Source of the DNA: Octopus vulgaris
Lineage: Eukaryota
Direction: 5' to 3'
Assembly (NCBI GenBank): GCA_951406725.2
Contig: OX597815.1
Coordinates: 35,670,001-35,732,000, forward strand
Length of the DNA: 62,000 nt
Shown one piece after another: positions 1 through 12,977 of this stretch. How positions within the stretch are numbered: the stretch's first letter is position 1; each line of letters starts with the position of its first letter. The position numbers and the translations under genes were made by a program. The notes below the pieces were generated by a model. That model was not told where the DNA came from. It ran no database searches and saw only the letters and a list, made by a program, of their open reading frames with translations.

Positions 1-372
1 CACTGTTAAGAATAGTTCTGTAGGCCTGCAGCTGGTCCGGAAGTAATTTAGGCTCATTTTCAACAATGTACTTTGAAAGCGCTTGAGTGTCGTAGGTTGT
101 TTCACGAATGACAGCAGTGGGAAGGCTATTTGACCTTGACCTGAATGCTTATGGCAGGCCATACGTCGACAATTCATTTCCACCCAGTTTATCAATTCTG
201 TCTTCAACGTCAATGAGTGTTTTGTTATAGATTTCATTGCTGATACCCTCCATGTCAGGATAGAGCAGTTGAGCTTGGCGCTGAAGGGGACAATGTTTTT
301 GAGATTCCGGTTCGAATGTAAGGCAGGATTGAAAGTGTTCCCAACAGTTATTAGTTGTAGTGGTAGAGTGTT
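1..372 (-). mobile_element. Helitron Rep/helicase (PIF1-like) fragment, pseudogenised
   Basis: Minus-strand translation EIYNKTLIDVEDRIDKLGGNELSTYGLP*AFRSRSNSLPTAVIRETTYDTQALSKYIVENEPKLLPDQLQAYRTILNS resembles the Helitron RepHel segment just before the helicase Walker A; contains an in-frame stop; runs off the window start. Confidence 0.7.
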
Positions 373-439
373 TATGCCGAATATGTACGTATGTATATAT
401 ATGTATGCATGCCTGTATATATGTACAAAATCCACTGAG

Positions 440-566
440 AAGGCTTTTGATGGTCTGAAGCTACAGCAGAAGACACATGCCAAGTCACCACACAGTGGGA
501 CCGAACCCAGGACCATGTGTTTGGAACGTAGTTTGTTACCACACAGCCACACCTGCCCCTACGTAT
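440..566 (-). mobile_element. tRNA-derived SINE family B, degraded head
   Basis: Matches the head of the family B copies at 27883 and 58445 (GTGTGGTAA...GGTTC.GTCCCACTG). Confidence 0.55.
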
Positions 567-1658
567 GTGTGTGTGTGTGCGTGTGTGTTATGGGTAGATA
601 TGTTATGCATGTATATATGTGTATATATATGTGTACATATTACATGTACATCTATATATATACATCTACACATAAAATACAAAATACAAAGTTATATCAT
701 GATATCGCTAGTGATAACAATACTCAAAATATATAACAGACTGGAATTGTAGGCCCGTCTCTTGCAATTTCGATCAATTGGATCTTGTCCTCCCTCTTGT
801 ATAGAAGTGTACGGCTGCAGCGAAATTCAATTTTGGACTTTCTTCTTTCGAAGGCATTTTAACAAAAATGCTTCCGTAAAGACAGTGAAAATATTGTCAA
901 TTACCCCAAACAGGGACATAATTCAATTTTTAAACAATAACCAAAGCCCCTTCTCCGAAAGGGGGAGGGTTACGGTTTACAATTATTTAACAAATGCAAC
1001 ACAACAACGTTTCCCTGACGAGGAACCAACAAACGTGATTACAATAGTCAAACAGTAATAATAATAACAACAAACCTTTTTAATTTATCCCCATTTATGT
1101 GAAACCGCTTATTCAAGTTCAAGTCATTGATGCAATTTTATACGAATTGCTAATACACACACACACACACACACACACACATAATAAGAGTGAAAAATTG
1201 AATATTAATTTGATTAATATGAATTGAAAACCAGTGGTGTAGCATATAAGACCATAGCGGATCTTCCTCTAGCAAAAAGGATGACAACTATTAATGGCTC
1301 ATCCCTGTTATATAATACTTTCACTTTAATAGTTTCACACTTGCAAAGAGAAAGTGTGGTGGTAATAGCAGGAGTAAACCACTTGAAATGAGAGAGGCAA
1401 ATCGTAAAATATTGAGTTTTCTTGAATTTTTGCTTAATTGAGGGTCAAACTGAAAAAATTTATATGCCATGACCCAATCGAATCTACTTCGAAAAATCAT
1501 AGGTAAATTCCAATTGAAAAAAATCTATATTGTAGAATTGTATTAAAAAGGAACATGGGAACAGGCAGAGAAAATCTGCCTTTTATCATAAGATATATAT
1601 ATATATATATACACACACACACGCACATACACACATATATATATACATATAGACAGAC

Positions 1659-1741
<83 letters not shown>

Positions 1742-2289
1742 GCATGTCTGACAGTCTTTAAAACATGAAATTGCCTCTATACGGTCACTCCAGTTAGATT
1801 AAGTCACTTTTGTTTTCCTTATATCACAATTTTTTATATCATTTATATCATTATATCATTTTTTGAATATACCTATTTATTGAATAATGCTTCTAGTAAT
1901 ATATTAAACGGTCATAGTCATGCCTTTTGCATCCTGCTCACTCAGAACCGACCTTGAACTAAACCACAAAACCAACGTCATAGGTAAACCATTAAGTGCA
2001 AAGTAACAATGCATTGCTATAAGTCTTTCCGTATCTACTCAGAATCCGGAACTCTTACACGGAACTTAGCTAATCGTACTCCATGAACTATTTAGATTTC
2101 TTTTAAGTTTTTTCTTTTTAGTTATTATTAAAGTATCAGATTTATTGTTATCATTGTTTAAAAAGAATATTATGTTTAGAGAATCATGCAAAGTATTCTT
2201 ATGTACATTAAAGTACACTAGGATATAGTTTTATTTGTCGTTTCTTTGTTTCCGAATTTTCCATCAAAACCCCGTTTTCAAAGAGAAGG

Positions 2290-2486
2290 TGTAACTGTGT
2301 CGTTAGAAGTTTGTTTCCTTACCACATGGTTCCAGATTCAGTTCCACTGCATGGTGCTTTGGGCAAGTGTCTTCTACTATAGCCCCGGCCGATCGCAACA
2401 ACATAGCAAAAAAAAAAACAAGAACAACAACGGGTGTCTTTCGACTAATATGGACAAGCAAAACTGAGCTGGCGTGTAAAGTAGAA

Positions 2487-2544
<58 letters not shown>

Positions 2545-2700
2545 CCACTACACTCACGGAGTGGTTGGCGTTAGGAAGGGCATCCAGCCGTAGAAACATT
2601 GCCATATCAGACTGGGCCTGGCGCAGCCTTCTGGCTTCCCAGACCCCAGTTGAACCGTCCAACCCATGCTAGCATGGAAAGCGAACGCTAAATGATGATG
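2290..2700 (+). mobile_element. SINE fragments: family B-like head (2290-2400) and family C 3' part (2562-2700)
   Basis: Family C core GGAGTGGTTGGCGTTAGGAAGGGCATCCAGC and (ATG)n tail, shared with 35520-35895. Confidence 0.6.
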
Positions 2701-3733
2701 GTGATGATGATGATGATAAGCGCATGTGTGTATGTTTTTGTGTCTGTTCCCCACCATCGCTTGAAAACAGATGTTGGTTTGTTTGTGTCCACCTAACTTA
2801 GTGGTTCGACAAAGTAACTGATAGAATAAGTACCAGGCTTTAAAAACAAGACCTGGAACTGATTCGTTCGGCTAATACACTTCAAGGCGGTGTCTCAGCA
2901 TAGTCCAGTCCAATGAATGAAACAAATGAAAGATAAAAAGCGGTACGTAGAAAGGAAAGTGAATCAGACGAATCAACAAACAGACGAACAACTCAACCCG
3001 GATGTCGAGTGATCCGCTTCAAAAGATTTCATTCTAATCAGCAAGCACTCATATACTTCCTGCTAAGCAGAGTGAACGAATCAACAGTAAGTTCCCGCGA
3101 TCAAGAAATAAATGAATGAACATACTTTGGTCATCGATGATTAGTCGGAATATTTTGATTAATCTGTTTCGGCGATATTTGAAGCAAAATTTGAACAAAT
3201 TTGAAGGCCAAAACAATGCATTTATTATATAGACCCGTTGATTGGCTTTCTTTCTCTTTATTTAATTTTTTTAGCCTGATTTCCAATCACAAAGATCCCC
3301 TTTCCATCGAGTTCATTTTTTTGGTCTTTGTTGCCATACACATTCGGTAGCTTTCTTACAACGGGGTCTAATGCTCTTAGCTTAGACTTTTTGGGGGCAA
3401 CCAGATCGAACTGTTTCAAGTGTAACTGCTCGAAACGGTCGTGACCTCAGTTACTTGACGAAAGAAGGCCACGAGTGACCCGTCTTATAAAGAGACAGGG
3501 GTTTAAAGTTTGAGGTAGAGAAGAGATAAAAGTAACCCGGAAAGAGAGGGTTATAGGTATGGAAGTAGTGAGGGCAGGTAAAGGTATTCAGACCGAAAAG
3601 TTTTTATAAGTTGTAGTGTTACAGGTGCTATTGTATGTATGATTTTATAGTTTCTAGGGGATATGTGATTTTGTCGAAAGGAGACTTACATAAAGTCATT
3701 AAAAATATACATAACATGATCAGTGGGTTAGAA

Positions 3734-3934
3734 CAGTGGTTTTCAACCAGGGTTCCGCCAGTACAGTGCAGTGGTTCCGCAAGAAGTTACAAAACTGCTA
3801 AAATCGGCAGGGATTTTTAAGTCTCCTGTGCAGATATGTGTGCATAAGACTATTAAATTATTGCACAGGGGTTCATCGAGCCAGTGGAATGTTTCCTTGG
3901 GGTTCCGCTCCAGCAAAAAGTTTGAAAAGCACTG
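3734..3934. mobile_element. hAT-type MITE
   Basis: TIRs CAGTGGTTTTCAA / TTGAAAAGCACTG; exact 8-bp TSD GGTTAGAA at 3726-3733 and 3935-3942. Confidence 0.85.
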
Positions 3935-4214
3935 GGTTAGAACATAGAAAGTTAAGTAGTGTAATCAACAAAAGAGGATGAAGTCAGACTAACCAGTCAG
4001 GGGTTATCATGAGATAGTATTATATATAGCACACCACATACCATAACACATAGTTTATAACATATGCAATTCAATTTAATTCACCATATAACATAATATC
4101 CCATGATTTTATTATATTTACAACGGATACGACACCAACATTAATTCCCTCCTTCAAAGTTCAAGTATGGCACCTGTAATCGTTAGTTTCGAAAATACTT
4201 AAATATACGGGTGA

Positions 4215-5162
4215 CGCTATGCATGCATGATACCCTTAAGTGGAGTTGGTATCTCTGGGTGCATGAACTAAATGGGATCTCCCTAACAAGAAGCTCACAT
4301 GGACCGGCCTGTGGAGATTGGAATCTTTGCACATCTTCCTGCTATAGCTGGTATATGACACACTCCCGACACAAACAAACCTGCACAGATGGGGTTTGCG
4401 AGAAGACCAGCTGTGTAGACTTTGTGGAAAAAGGGGGCACTCTGGCACACATTTTGGCAGGGTGCAGAATAGTACTTTCTCAACGCAGATATAAATGGCG
4501 CCACGATAGGGTGCTTGCAACACTTGCTCATACCATGGAGCATGAAAGGCGCAAGAAACATCATCACCAAGGGAATGCAACAGCAGCAATTAATTCCATG
4601 AAAGAGGGAGAGAGACCAGTAAAGTCAGCAAAAACAATACATACCTTGCTGCAAGGATCTCAACCATGGGATATGAAAGTGGGCTTAAGGAAGAGATTGC
4701 ACTTTCCCCAGTTTGTCCATACAACCCTGAGGCCAAATGTGGTCCTGTGGTCTGAAAAGTCCAAGAAAGTTATCGTAATTGAACTAACAGTCCCGTGGAA
4801 AGTAGGGTAGGATGAGGCCCATGAACAGAAGCGTGCCAGATATGAGAGCCTTCTGCAGAATTGCAGGGAGAAGGGATGACAGGTATGGCTTTTCACAGTT
4901 GAGGTTGACTGTAGGGAATTCCCTACTCAGTCGACATGGATGATGCTTACAACAATTGGAACGAGAGGTAAGGAGCAAAGCGTGGCTGTGCGCAGGATGG
5001 GAGAGGTAGCTGAAACAGCCCCTTGTTGGCTTTGGAGTAAGAGAGAAGAGTTAAGCTGGAAGCCAGAACGAAATGAGGAGCAGTGACTTGGTCACCTCTC
5101 TAACCCACCAGCGGAAGGGTGTTACAGTGCAGGTTCGAAACACCCGATGAATGTTGGATACC
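4215..5162 (+). mobile_element. HERO-like restriction-endonuclease (RLE) non-LTR retrotransposon, 3' fragment
   Basis: Frameshifted ORF: YDTLPTQTNLHRWGL..CRLCG..TLAHILAGC (CCHC knuckle), RYKWRHDRVL, LRPNVVLWS..VIELTVPW..RYESL..VEVDCR (PD-D/ExK type); 3' UTR continues after the SINE at 5395-5420. Confidence 0.8.
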
Positions 5163-5394
5163 TATTTCTTTATTACCCACAAGGGGCTAAACACAGAGGG
5201 GACAAACAAGGACAGACATAGGTATTAAGTCGATTACATCGACCCCAGTGCGTAACTGGTACTTAATTTATCGACCCCGAAAGGATGAAAAGCAAAGTCG
5301 ACCTCGGCGGAATTCGAACTCACAACGTAACGCAGACGAAATACCGCTAAGCATTTCGCCCGGCGTGCTAACGTTTCTGCCAGCTCGCCGCCTT
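5163..5394 (-). mobile_element. SINE family A, full length, inserted in the HERO-like 3' UTR
   Basis: Head AAGGCGGCGAGCTGGCAGAAACGTTAGC; 13-bp TSD AATGTTGGATACC at 5150-5162 and 5395-5407. Confidence 0.9.
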
Positions 5395-5507
5395 AATGTT
5401 GGATACCGTCTGACAACATCAGTTCCTCTTGGCTAAGGCTCCATTCACTTTGGTGAATGGATAAAGCACCTCCTTATAAGTGTTATTAACATACATACGC
5501 ATAATAT

Positions 5508-5698
<191 letters not shown>

Positions 5699-5794
5699 GT
5701 TCCAGACCTATGCCGAAATTCTTCAAATGTTGAAAATCCTGGATTCACGACGGTAACACCGTTGTAGGGATTATACACGTATATAAACAATATA

Positions 5795-6307
5795 TCTATA
5801 TATATAAAACTGTAGTTGTGTGAGTGTCTGTCCCCTTCGATTTAGATTCCTAACTACTCCCACATTTTGCGGTGCAGTTTAACCAAATTTGGGTATCTTA
5901 TAGTCGTGATTCATATCGAGCCCGTCTGAGTATTAGCGCGCATCTACGATGAGTCTACGATTTTAAAAATAATTTAACATCATTTTTTATTCCATTTTAA
6001 TGCATAATTTTTCGTGTGTCGATGGCGGCGGAGTTGGCGTCCATGGTCACACCTGCACCTGTTTTCTTCTCCCCCTTCTTCCCTCCCTCGTGAAGCTGTG
6101 GGGAAGGGAATGTAAGGAAATCAACGTCGTAAAGCGTTGTCAAGGAGACCAGCGTTCTTTTAGAACAACGACTTCATGGCTTGAAGACACCAAAACAGAA
6201 ATGGCTAAGAAAGCCCGAATTGGCATCCATAAGGGAAGTAACTCTCTAAAAATGCTTATATAGTTATTTCCCTTACAAACCCGAGCAACGCCGGGCGATA
6301 CTGCTAG
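5795..6307 (+). mobile_element. Non-autonomous Helitron
   Basis: A|TC 5' start (TCTATATATATAAAA), subterminal GC hairpin CCCGAGCAACGCCGGG at 6280-6295, CTAG|T 3' end; no TSD. Confidence 0.75.
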
Positions 6308-6455
6308 TACAAGTATATAAATCGATTATCTTACATCGTCACTTGAATGGTTCTGTAGCTGTTTGAATACTCAGTGACGATTTCCGTCCTGGAGGGAACT
6401 GCGTCAGGCAGCTCCTACACCCGGACGGAAACCGTGCTGCGTGTCAGTGACCAAC

Positions 6456-6527
<72 letters not shown>

Positions 6528-6893
6528 ATGTATGTATGTATGTATGTATGTATGAATGGATTTGCCTTTTATCCATTCGGATTCAGTACCGAAAAACATA
6601 ATGTGTGTCTTGCCAAGGAGGCGGCAGGTTAGCAGAACTGTAAGGACGTCGGACCGGTTGCTTTGCAGTATTTATTCCGGCTCTTTGCGTTCTGAGTTCA
6701 GATCCCACCGTGGCCTACTTGGGTGATAGGTTTTAACTCGTCATTTGGTCCAACACCACCATTTGGTATTTCCGGTGACTTTAGCGGAGTCTTATCTGTT
6801 GCAAGCATACGGAACAGGCTTCCGTTGTGGGGATCGTTTCCACCAGTCTCGGACTCCTTCCCACCTGAACAAAACATGCACACACACACACAT

Positions 6894-6938
<45 letters not shown>

Positions 6939-7058
6939 CATTCATACTTTGAATTTGGTGATACTAGCTGTGGCTTCTAGCTCGCTCTGATACTGAGTTG
7001 AGTTGGTGCCTTCTAGTATCTCAAAATTCAATATTCAATCATTCATGATTGTTAGTAT

Positions 7059-7150
7059 CCTGCGCTGATGAAAGAAGAAGTCTGGGTAAAGTAGAGTTAT
7101 CTAATTCTTATGATTTCCTAAGACTTGATCTCGAAACGTACGTCCGTAGG
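7059..7150 (+). ncRNA. Type I hammerhead ribozyme with long helix II (copy 1)
   Basis: Helix I CCTGCG/CGTAGG; CTGATGA at 7065-7071; helix II AGA/TCT plus AAGTCT/AGACTT; GAAA at 7133-7136; helix III ACGTACGT palindrome; predicted cleavage after GTC (C7144); A.C at 10.1/11.1. Confidence 0.8.
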
Positions 7151-7645
7151 TGACTTAAAACTGTATGATAGATTGCCGTTAATTCATTCTCTTTTACCTG
7201 TTTGTGTTTGCCTTTCAAATGCTGTGCCTTTACTGTGATCTCCCTTTTAGTAGAAGAAATAGCTATAATCTCTTTGACTGCTATTTCTAAATTCGGTGTG
7301 TGGTAAGGCAATTCGTTGCTAAACCCTTAATTGCTTAGTATTACTTAAATTTTCCTCGAATGAGGCTTTTACATGCCGAAGACTACTTGGTGTAATTGAT
7401 AATTGTTCCAAATTAATTAATTTCACCCTTCATTGTTACTCATAAACCATATTCATCCCAGTAAATGACCACAGCACTTTGTCCTGGCTACACGCGGGTG
7501 GGAAGGGACTGGTGACACAAGCTTTCATTCATACTTTGAATTTGGTGATACTAGCTGTGGCTTCTAGCTCGCTCTGATACTGAGTTGAGTTGGTGCCTTC
7601 TAGTATCTCAAAATTCAATATTCAATCATTCATGATTGTTAGTAT

Positions 7646-7737
7646 TCTGCGCTGATGAAAGAAGAAGTCTGGGTAAAGTAGAGTTATCTAATTCTTATGA
7701 TTTCCTAAGACTTGATCTCGAAACGTACGTCCGTAGG
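7646..7737 (+). ncRNA. Type I hammerhead ribozyme with long helix II (copy 2)
   Basis: Same as copy 1 at +587; one helix I C-G pair becomes T.G; predicted cleavage after 7731. Confidence 0.8.
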
Positions 7738-7923
7738 TGACTTAAAACTGTATGATAGATTGCCGTTAATTCATTCTCTTTTACCTGTTTGTGTTTGCCT
7801 TTCAAATGCTGTGCCTTTACTGTGATCTCCCTTTTAGTAGAAGAATAGCTATAATCTCTTTGACTGCTATTTCTAAATTCGGTGTGTGGTAAGGCAATTC
7901 GTTGCTAAACCCTTAATTGCTTA

Positions 7924-7962
<39 letters not shown>

Positions 7963-7966
<4 letters not shown>

Positions 7967-8076
7967 GTACGTCAAAGTCGATCTCGGCGAAATTTGAACT
8001 CAAAACGTAAAGACAGAAGAAATACAGTTAAGCATTTCACCCGACGCGCTAACGTTTCTGCCAGCTCACCGCCTTA
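7963..8076 (-). mobile_element. SINE family A, 5' part
   Basis: Matches the family A head. Confidence 0.75.
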
Positions 8077-8529
8077 GAAAGTAAAAGTTGATATTTTCTT
8101 TATTCTTATAGCTAAAGCGTTACTCCCTTACTTTTACTGACAGGAAATTTCGTAACATTTTACCTCATAACTATTTTTCTACTAAATATTGTTCAATGCG
8201 ACTAGTGATTCTGAATTTCTCATGCATTTTTCTATCATTTAAGCCCAAGAAAGGTATACTTTTAATTCAAATTTAAATAGTTTATGTTAATTGAAGGTGA
8301 ATAGGTGCCTTACTACTCCCCTTGAGGTCGTAGATATTTTGACGTTACTTTTTTTTCTACTGAACCAAATCTTAAACTATTTATGCCAAAGTGTAGCTGA
8401 GGAAGTGTCCTCTTTAAAACTATTAAGTTTGCAATTTAGTTGAGAACTGAATTAGTGAAGTTTGGAAGCTGCTGTGATTGACGAAATGGTGCACTTAAGA
8501 ATATATTCAACCACTACCGTGGTTGAATG

Positions 8530-8566
8530 ATACATGTATATGCATATACATACATGCATACATATA

Positions 8567-8622
<56 letters not shown>

Positions 8623-8702
8623 TATGTATATACATACATATATATATATATACATATATACATACAAATATATATGTGTGTATGTATATATACATACATA
8701 CA

Positions 8703-8735
<33 letters not shown>

Positions 8736-8767
8736 GCATACATACATATATGTGTATATATATATAC

Positions 8768-8812
<45 letters not shown>

Positions 8813-8832
8813 TGTATATATGCATACCTACA

Positions 8833-8870
<38 letters not shown>
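8530..8870. repeat. Compound (TA)n/(CATA)n microsatellite
   Basis: Direct reading; source of many spurious YI-repeat ORFs. Confidence 0.95.
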
Positions 8871-8874
<4 letters not shown>

Positions 8875-9072
8875 TGTTGGTTGCGCTCAGCGCACGACAA
8901 TTAATTATTCCCTTCAGGTTTCGGCTATTATAGTTAATCGTGTTAAATTCACACTGTCACGTGTTCATAAGGGGTCCTGTGCCGTCAGAGATGGGCTATT
9001 AAGTAATACACAGAGTGCATCAATAATGACAGAAGAGTATATGGGCTTGAACATAGTATTCCTTTATTTTGT

Positions 9073-9178
9073 CTGTTACGTATGTTTCAGTATACGGTAA
9101 CACATGATGTCACACTATAGTTGCAATCCATAGATGCACCTAAGGGGAACATGCATGAGTAAACACATCTTCAGACAC
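9073..9178 (-). ncRNA. Hammerhead-like motif with about 79-nt helix II, partly decayed
   Basis: Minus strand GTGT-CTGAAGA-TGTGT...ATACT-GAAAC-ATAC-GTA-ACAG; homologous to 42530-42633. Confidence 0.55.
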
Positions 9179-9959
9179 ATAACCGAGAAATGCAAGCCAC
9201 AAATATGCATTAACCAAGTTTAGATCCTTGAGAGGTACAAGGCTAAAGGAGGAGTGTCCGGGAGGATCATGATCCCCACAGCAACAAATGTGAACTAGTC
9301 TTGGTAAGAACAGACCGAACTATAGAGTAGGAGACCTAACTATAAAAGGATATAGACTCGAATTTAATATGACAAATGCATTAATGAATATATCTAATAA
9401 AGTTGCACAAGGTCTGACATATTAGTAGAACACCCGAATTCATTTACTCAGACGCCTTTTTTCTTGTGCAACGTGGCGCAGGGTGAGCAGTCAATAACAA
9501 CAAAATGACAAGATTTTGAAAATTCAGTTTTGTTTCCAATTTTTGTACCAGGATAACTTCTTATCACTAAGATGAAACTATATAAAACTATATATATTCT
9601 GAACATATACCTAATGGTGAGTATAAAAATCTAAAAAATACAGCATTTGGAACTACTCTAAATATGAAGTTTTATCCCCTGAAAATGAGTCAAAATTAAA
9701 TTCTCACTATGGTAGGTAGTTCAGAACTGCGAAAATCGATTAGAAAAACTTTAGAACCTGGAAATGGCTATACAAAAATTACGAAGTGATTGATCAATGG
9801 GACCTCATACATTTATAATATCTTTATAGATTCAGGGGGGGGGGGGGCGAAAAGAAGAAAGATTCTTCTAGTCTCATATTGAGAGTTGATGGGTCAACCA
9901 TAAAAGTTTTCTTAGACCATATTTTGCCTCCAAAGTTGAATAACAATTAGTAAAACGAG

Positions 9960-10250
9960 TAAAATGTCAAACATAACATAGAAAGCGAAATAAATCAAAA
10001 ACAGTTCGCCAGGTTAATACGTATGATATCAAACTTTGTAAATGTTTAATATCATTGCATGAAATATTATTGAAACGATTAGTTATGTTTCCAAAAGAAG
10101 GATCGACGTTTTTACAATTATGTCTTTTACTGAAATCCAACAAATATTTTTTTAGCCAGAAAAATTGACTGGCGGAGCCTTTAGGACGAAAGAACTTTAC
10201 ACTAATATCAGAGTGTTCAGCTGAAACATAATTGCCACTCCGAAGTACCA
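9960..10250 (-). mobile_element. Probable DNA transposon ORF C-terminal remnant
   Basis: SAEHSDISVKFFRPKGSASQFFW resembles the VKFMHPHGP..F.WP C-terminus of invertebrate transposon ORFs; frameshifted; superfamily not assignable. Confidence 0.35.
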
Positions 10251-10898
10251 ATCATTATCGTACCGACACACATAGTTATCTTGTAGTGGCTGTCCTCATG
10301 AATGATTTCCAGATACAAGACTCGTGGATATGTCATTATATATTCACTAGAATGACCTTTTTTTTTTCAGTCAGGTACTCGTCGAGCAAAATGCATGGCA
10401 GTGTTGCGTCCGTCTTCACGTTCTGAATCAATATGTTTTTGGGGTCAATAAAATAAGTATCAGTAGAGTACTGGAATTGATGTAATCGACTTACCCCTCC
10501 CCAAAAATTGCTGGCCTTGTGCCAAAATTTCAAACCGATGGAACCCACCGTGGGGATCGCCTCATCACCTACCTTCAATAAAGCAGTGTTCCTTTATCTA
10601 ATGGCCGACATTTTATGTCTGTCTTTGTATTGTCCTCCCTCATCCTTCGCTCTGTTGGCAAATAAAAGAAATTGTTATTGTTGTAGTCGTCGTTGTCGTT
10701 GTTGTTGTTGTTGTTGTTACTACAGTTGCTGCTACTGTTATTGTTATAACAGCCCTAGGAAGTCTCCCTCTTTTCGGGAATTTTGGTTATAATTGTATAT
10801 TGTTAGTTTTGTTTTTACTTTTTACATGCCTCTTTTATAACTCCGCATTGCATTGTCTGATACTCTCCCCAATGCTTTTCGTGAACCCTTAAGGGTTA

Positions 10899-11449
10899 GA
10901 GTGAGAGAGCAATGCATCCCATCTAAGTAACATTGGGGTACAAATATACGAAGCCCAATATACCTACTATGACTACCCGTCTGATAAGGGCACACCAGGC
11001 ACATACATCACAACCATATGTGAGCGACATGGTGATCTTATACCAGGACAAACAGCGCATGACCTTGTAGATGGGGCCCAGTTACAATTTTCTTCAGATT
11101 GAGTAGTGCATGCCGCACAAAAGGTCCCTGAATAAGGTTTGTTTAAGGATGATGAACAAAACGCCCATGTTTCCAGAGGTGAATTATTCAAACCCCGAAG
11201 AATTCCTCTCAACACATGGCTATGATGCTCCCTCACTACATCTGCTCGTGATCAGAGATGCGCATATCGTCAGCCACTAAAGGACAGGCTCAACTGGTTA
11301 AGGTCAAGCAACTGACAAATTTGTGGTATTGAGCAGAATATCTGCTGTAACCCTTCTTTTATACAGAGACAAAACATTTACATGATGGCACTTCCAATCA
11401 ATTATGATCAAAAGCCATGAGAGCCTCTACCTGGTACTGCATTAGGGCA

Positions 11450-11450
<1 letters not shown>
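10899..11450 (-). mobile_element. Unclassified interspersed repeat abutting (ATT)n (long copy)
   Basis: Homologous to 11510-11676; bounded by the ATT tract at 11452. Confidence 0.6.
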
Positions 11451-11509
<59 letters not shown>

Positions 11510-11511
<2 letters not shown>

Positions 11512-11676
11512 AGTGAGAGAGTAGTGCATACCATCAAAGTGACACTGGGGTAAAAGATACGAAGCCCAGTATACCCATCATGACTACCCCGTCTGATAAG
11601 GATACACCAGGCACATGCATCACAACGATACGTGCGTGACATGGTGATCTCATATCAAGATAAACAGCGCATGACC
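11510..11676 (-). mobile_element. Truncated second copy of the same repeat inside (ATT)n
   Basis: Shares the GAGTGAGAGAG..TGCAT end; stops abruptly at 11676. Confidence 0.65.
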
Positions 11677-11997
<321 letters not shown>

Positions 11998-12792
11998 CGC
12001 AGAGGTCGAATTTGTCTTTTATTCTTTCGCAGTCGATGAAATAAGTACCAGTTGCGTACTGGGATCGATGTAAATGGCTAGCCCCTTGCTACAAAATTTT
12101 AGACTTTGTGCCTACAGTAGAAAAGAGTGTTGTTGTTGTTGTTGTTGTTGTAGTTCCTACTGCAGTTGCTGCAGTGCCTACTGCAGCTGCTCTTATTTGT
12201 ACTTAAGCATATATACGCGCATACTAGCACACACGCATACTCATACATACTCTGATGCACTCACAAACTAATACGCAAATACTCACATGACTGTATGTAG
12301 GAGTGTAAATAATTTGTCTGAAGTGTACAGACGATTCCGCTATATTATCTGCATAAAATGCTCCTACTCCGCTTGGTGGTGCTAAGTCCTAAAAAATAAC
12401 TTCAGTAACAAATAGCTTACTGTGTCCACAATGAAAACAAGGTGTGTAAATCATACTAAATTCTAAACCCTCATCTCCACTCTAAGTCGATGTTAAGAGA
12501 CTAATAAAAACTCATTGTTCTATGAAGTGCAGTTAAGTCCAAATTTTTATCTATACGAATATCTATCCATTTGGTTTGTCAGCTGACTGGTTAGTTAAGT
12601 ACCTACGTACCTATTTATCTATCTATCTGTCAATTTATCTATCTATTAATCTTGCTAGCTAGCAAGTTGTCTGCCTGTCTGTCTGTACGTGCGTATGTAC
12701 GCACGTATGTATGAATGTATGTGTGTGTATTTGTATACACACACTTGCACGCACGTTTCTTTCTATGTTAAATTATAATAAAAACAATTTTA

Positions 12793-12977
12793 GGATCTTT
12801 TCGGTTTGAACGGCAGTTTTTTAAAATAATTTCCACATAACTAAACACTTTTAAACTTCGTATACCCTAACCCTAAAACAGATTGAAATGCAATAGATCG
12901 ATAGTAGGGTCATAATTATGGGTGACAAATTCATATGACACCGCTAGAAAAAACTGCCGTTCAAACCGAAAAGATCC
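12793..12977. mobile_element. MITE with about 30-bp TIRs and internal CCCTAACCCTAA
   Basis: GGATCTTTTCGGTTTGAACGGCAGTTTTTT / AAAAAACTGCCGTTCAAACCGAAAAGATCC. Confidence 0.8.

Larger units (their letters stand above)
6936..7927 (+). repeat. 587-bp-period direct repeat (about 1.7 units) flanked by (TA)n; candidate retrozyme
   Basis: 6936-7341 is near-identical to 7523-7927; each copy carries a hammerhead fold. Confidence 0.9.

Noticed and set aside
1010-1050. CTGACGAGG motif
   Set aside because: No correctly placed GAAA or helix II
762-1080. Possible L1/Tx1 5' UTR and ORF1 start on the minus strand (MPSKEESPKLNFAAAV); similar hints at 3240-3600 and 39935-40200
   Set aside because: Only compositional resemblance; no diagnostic motif
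8452-9100. Overlapping ORFs rich in YI/CV/HT/YL dipeptides here and throughout the window (e.g. 5419, 11534, 19181, 45300, 51093, 53416-57997)
   Set aside because: Translations of microsatellites that lack stop codons; no protein signal
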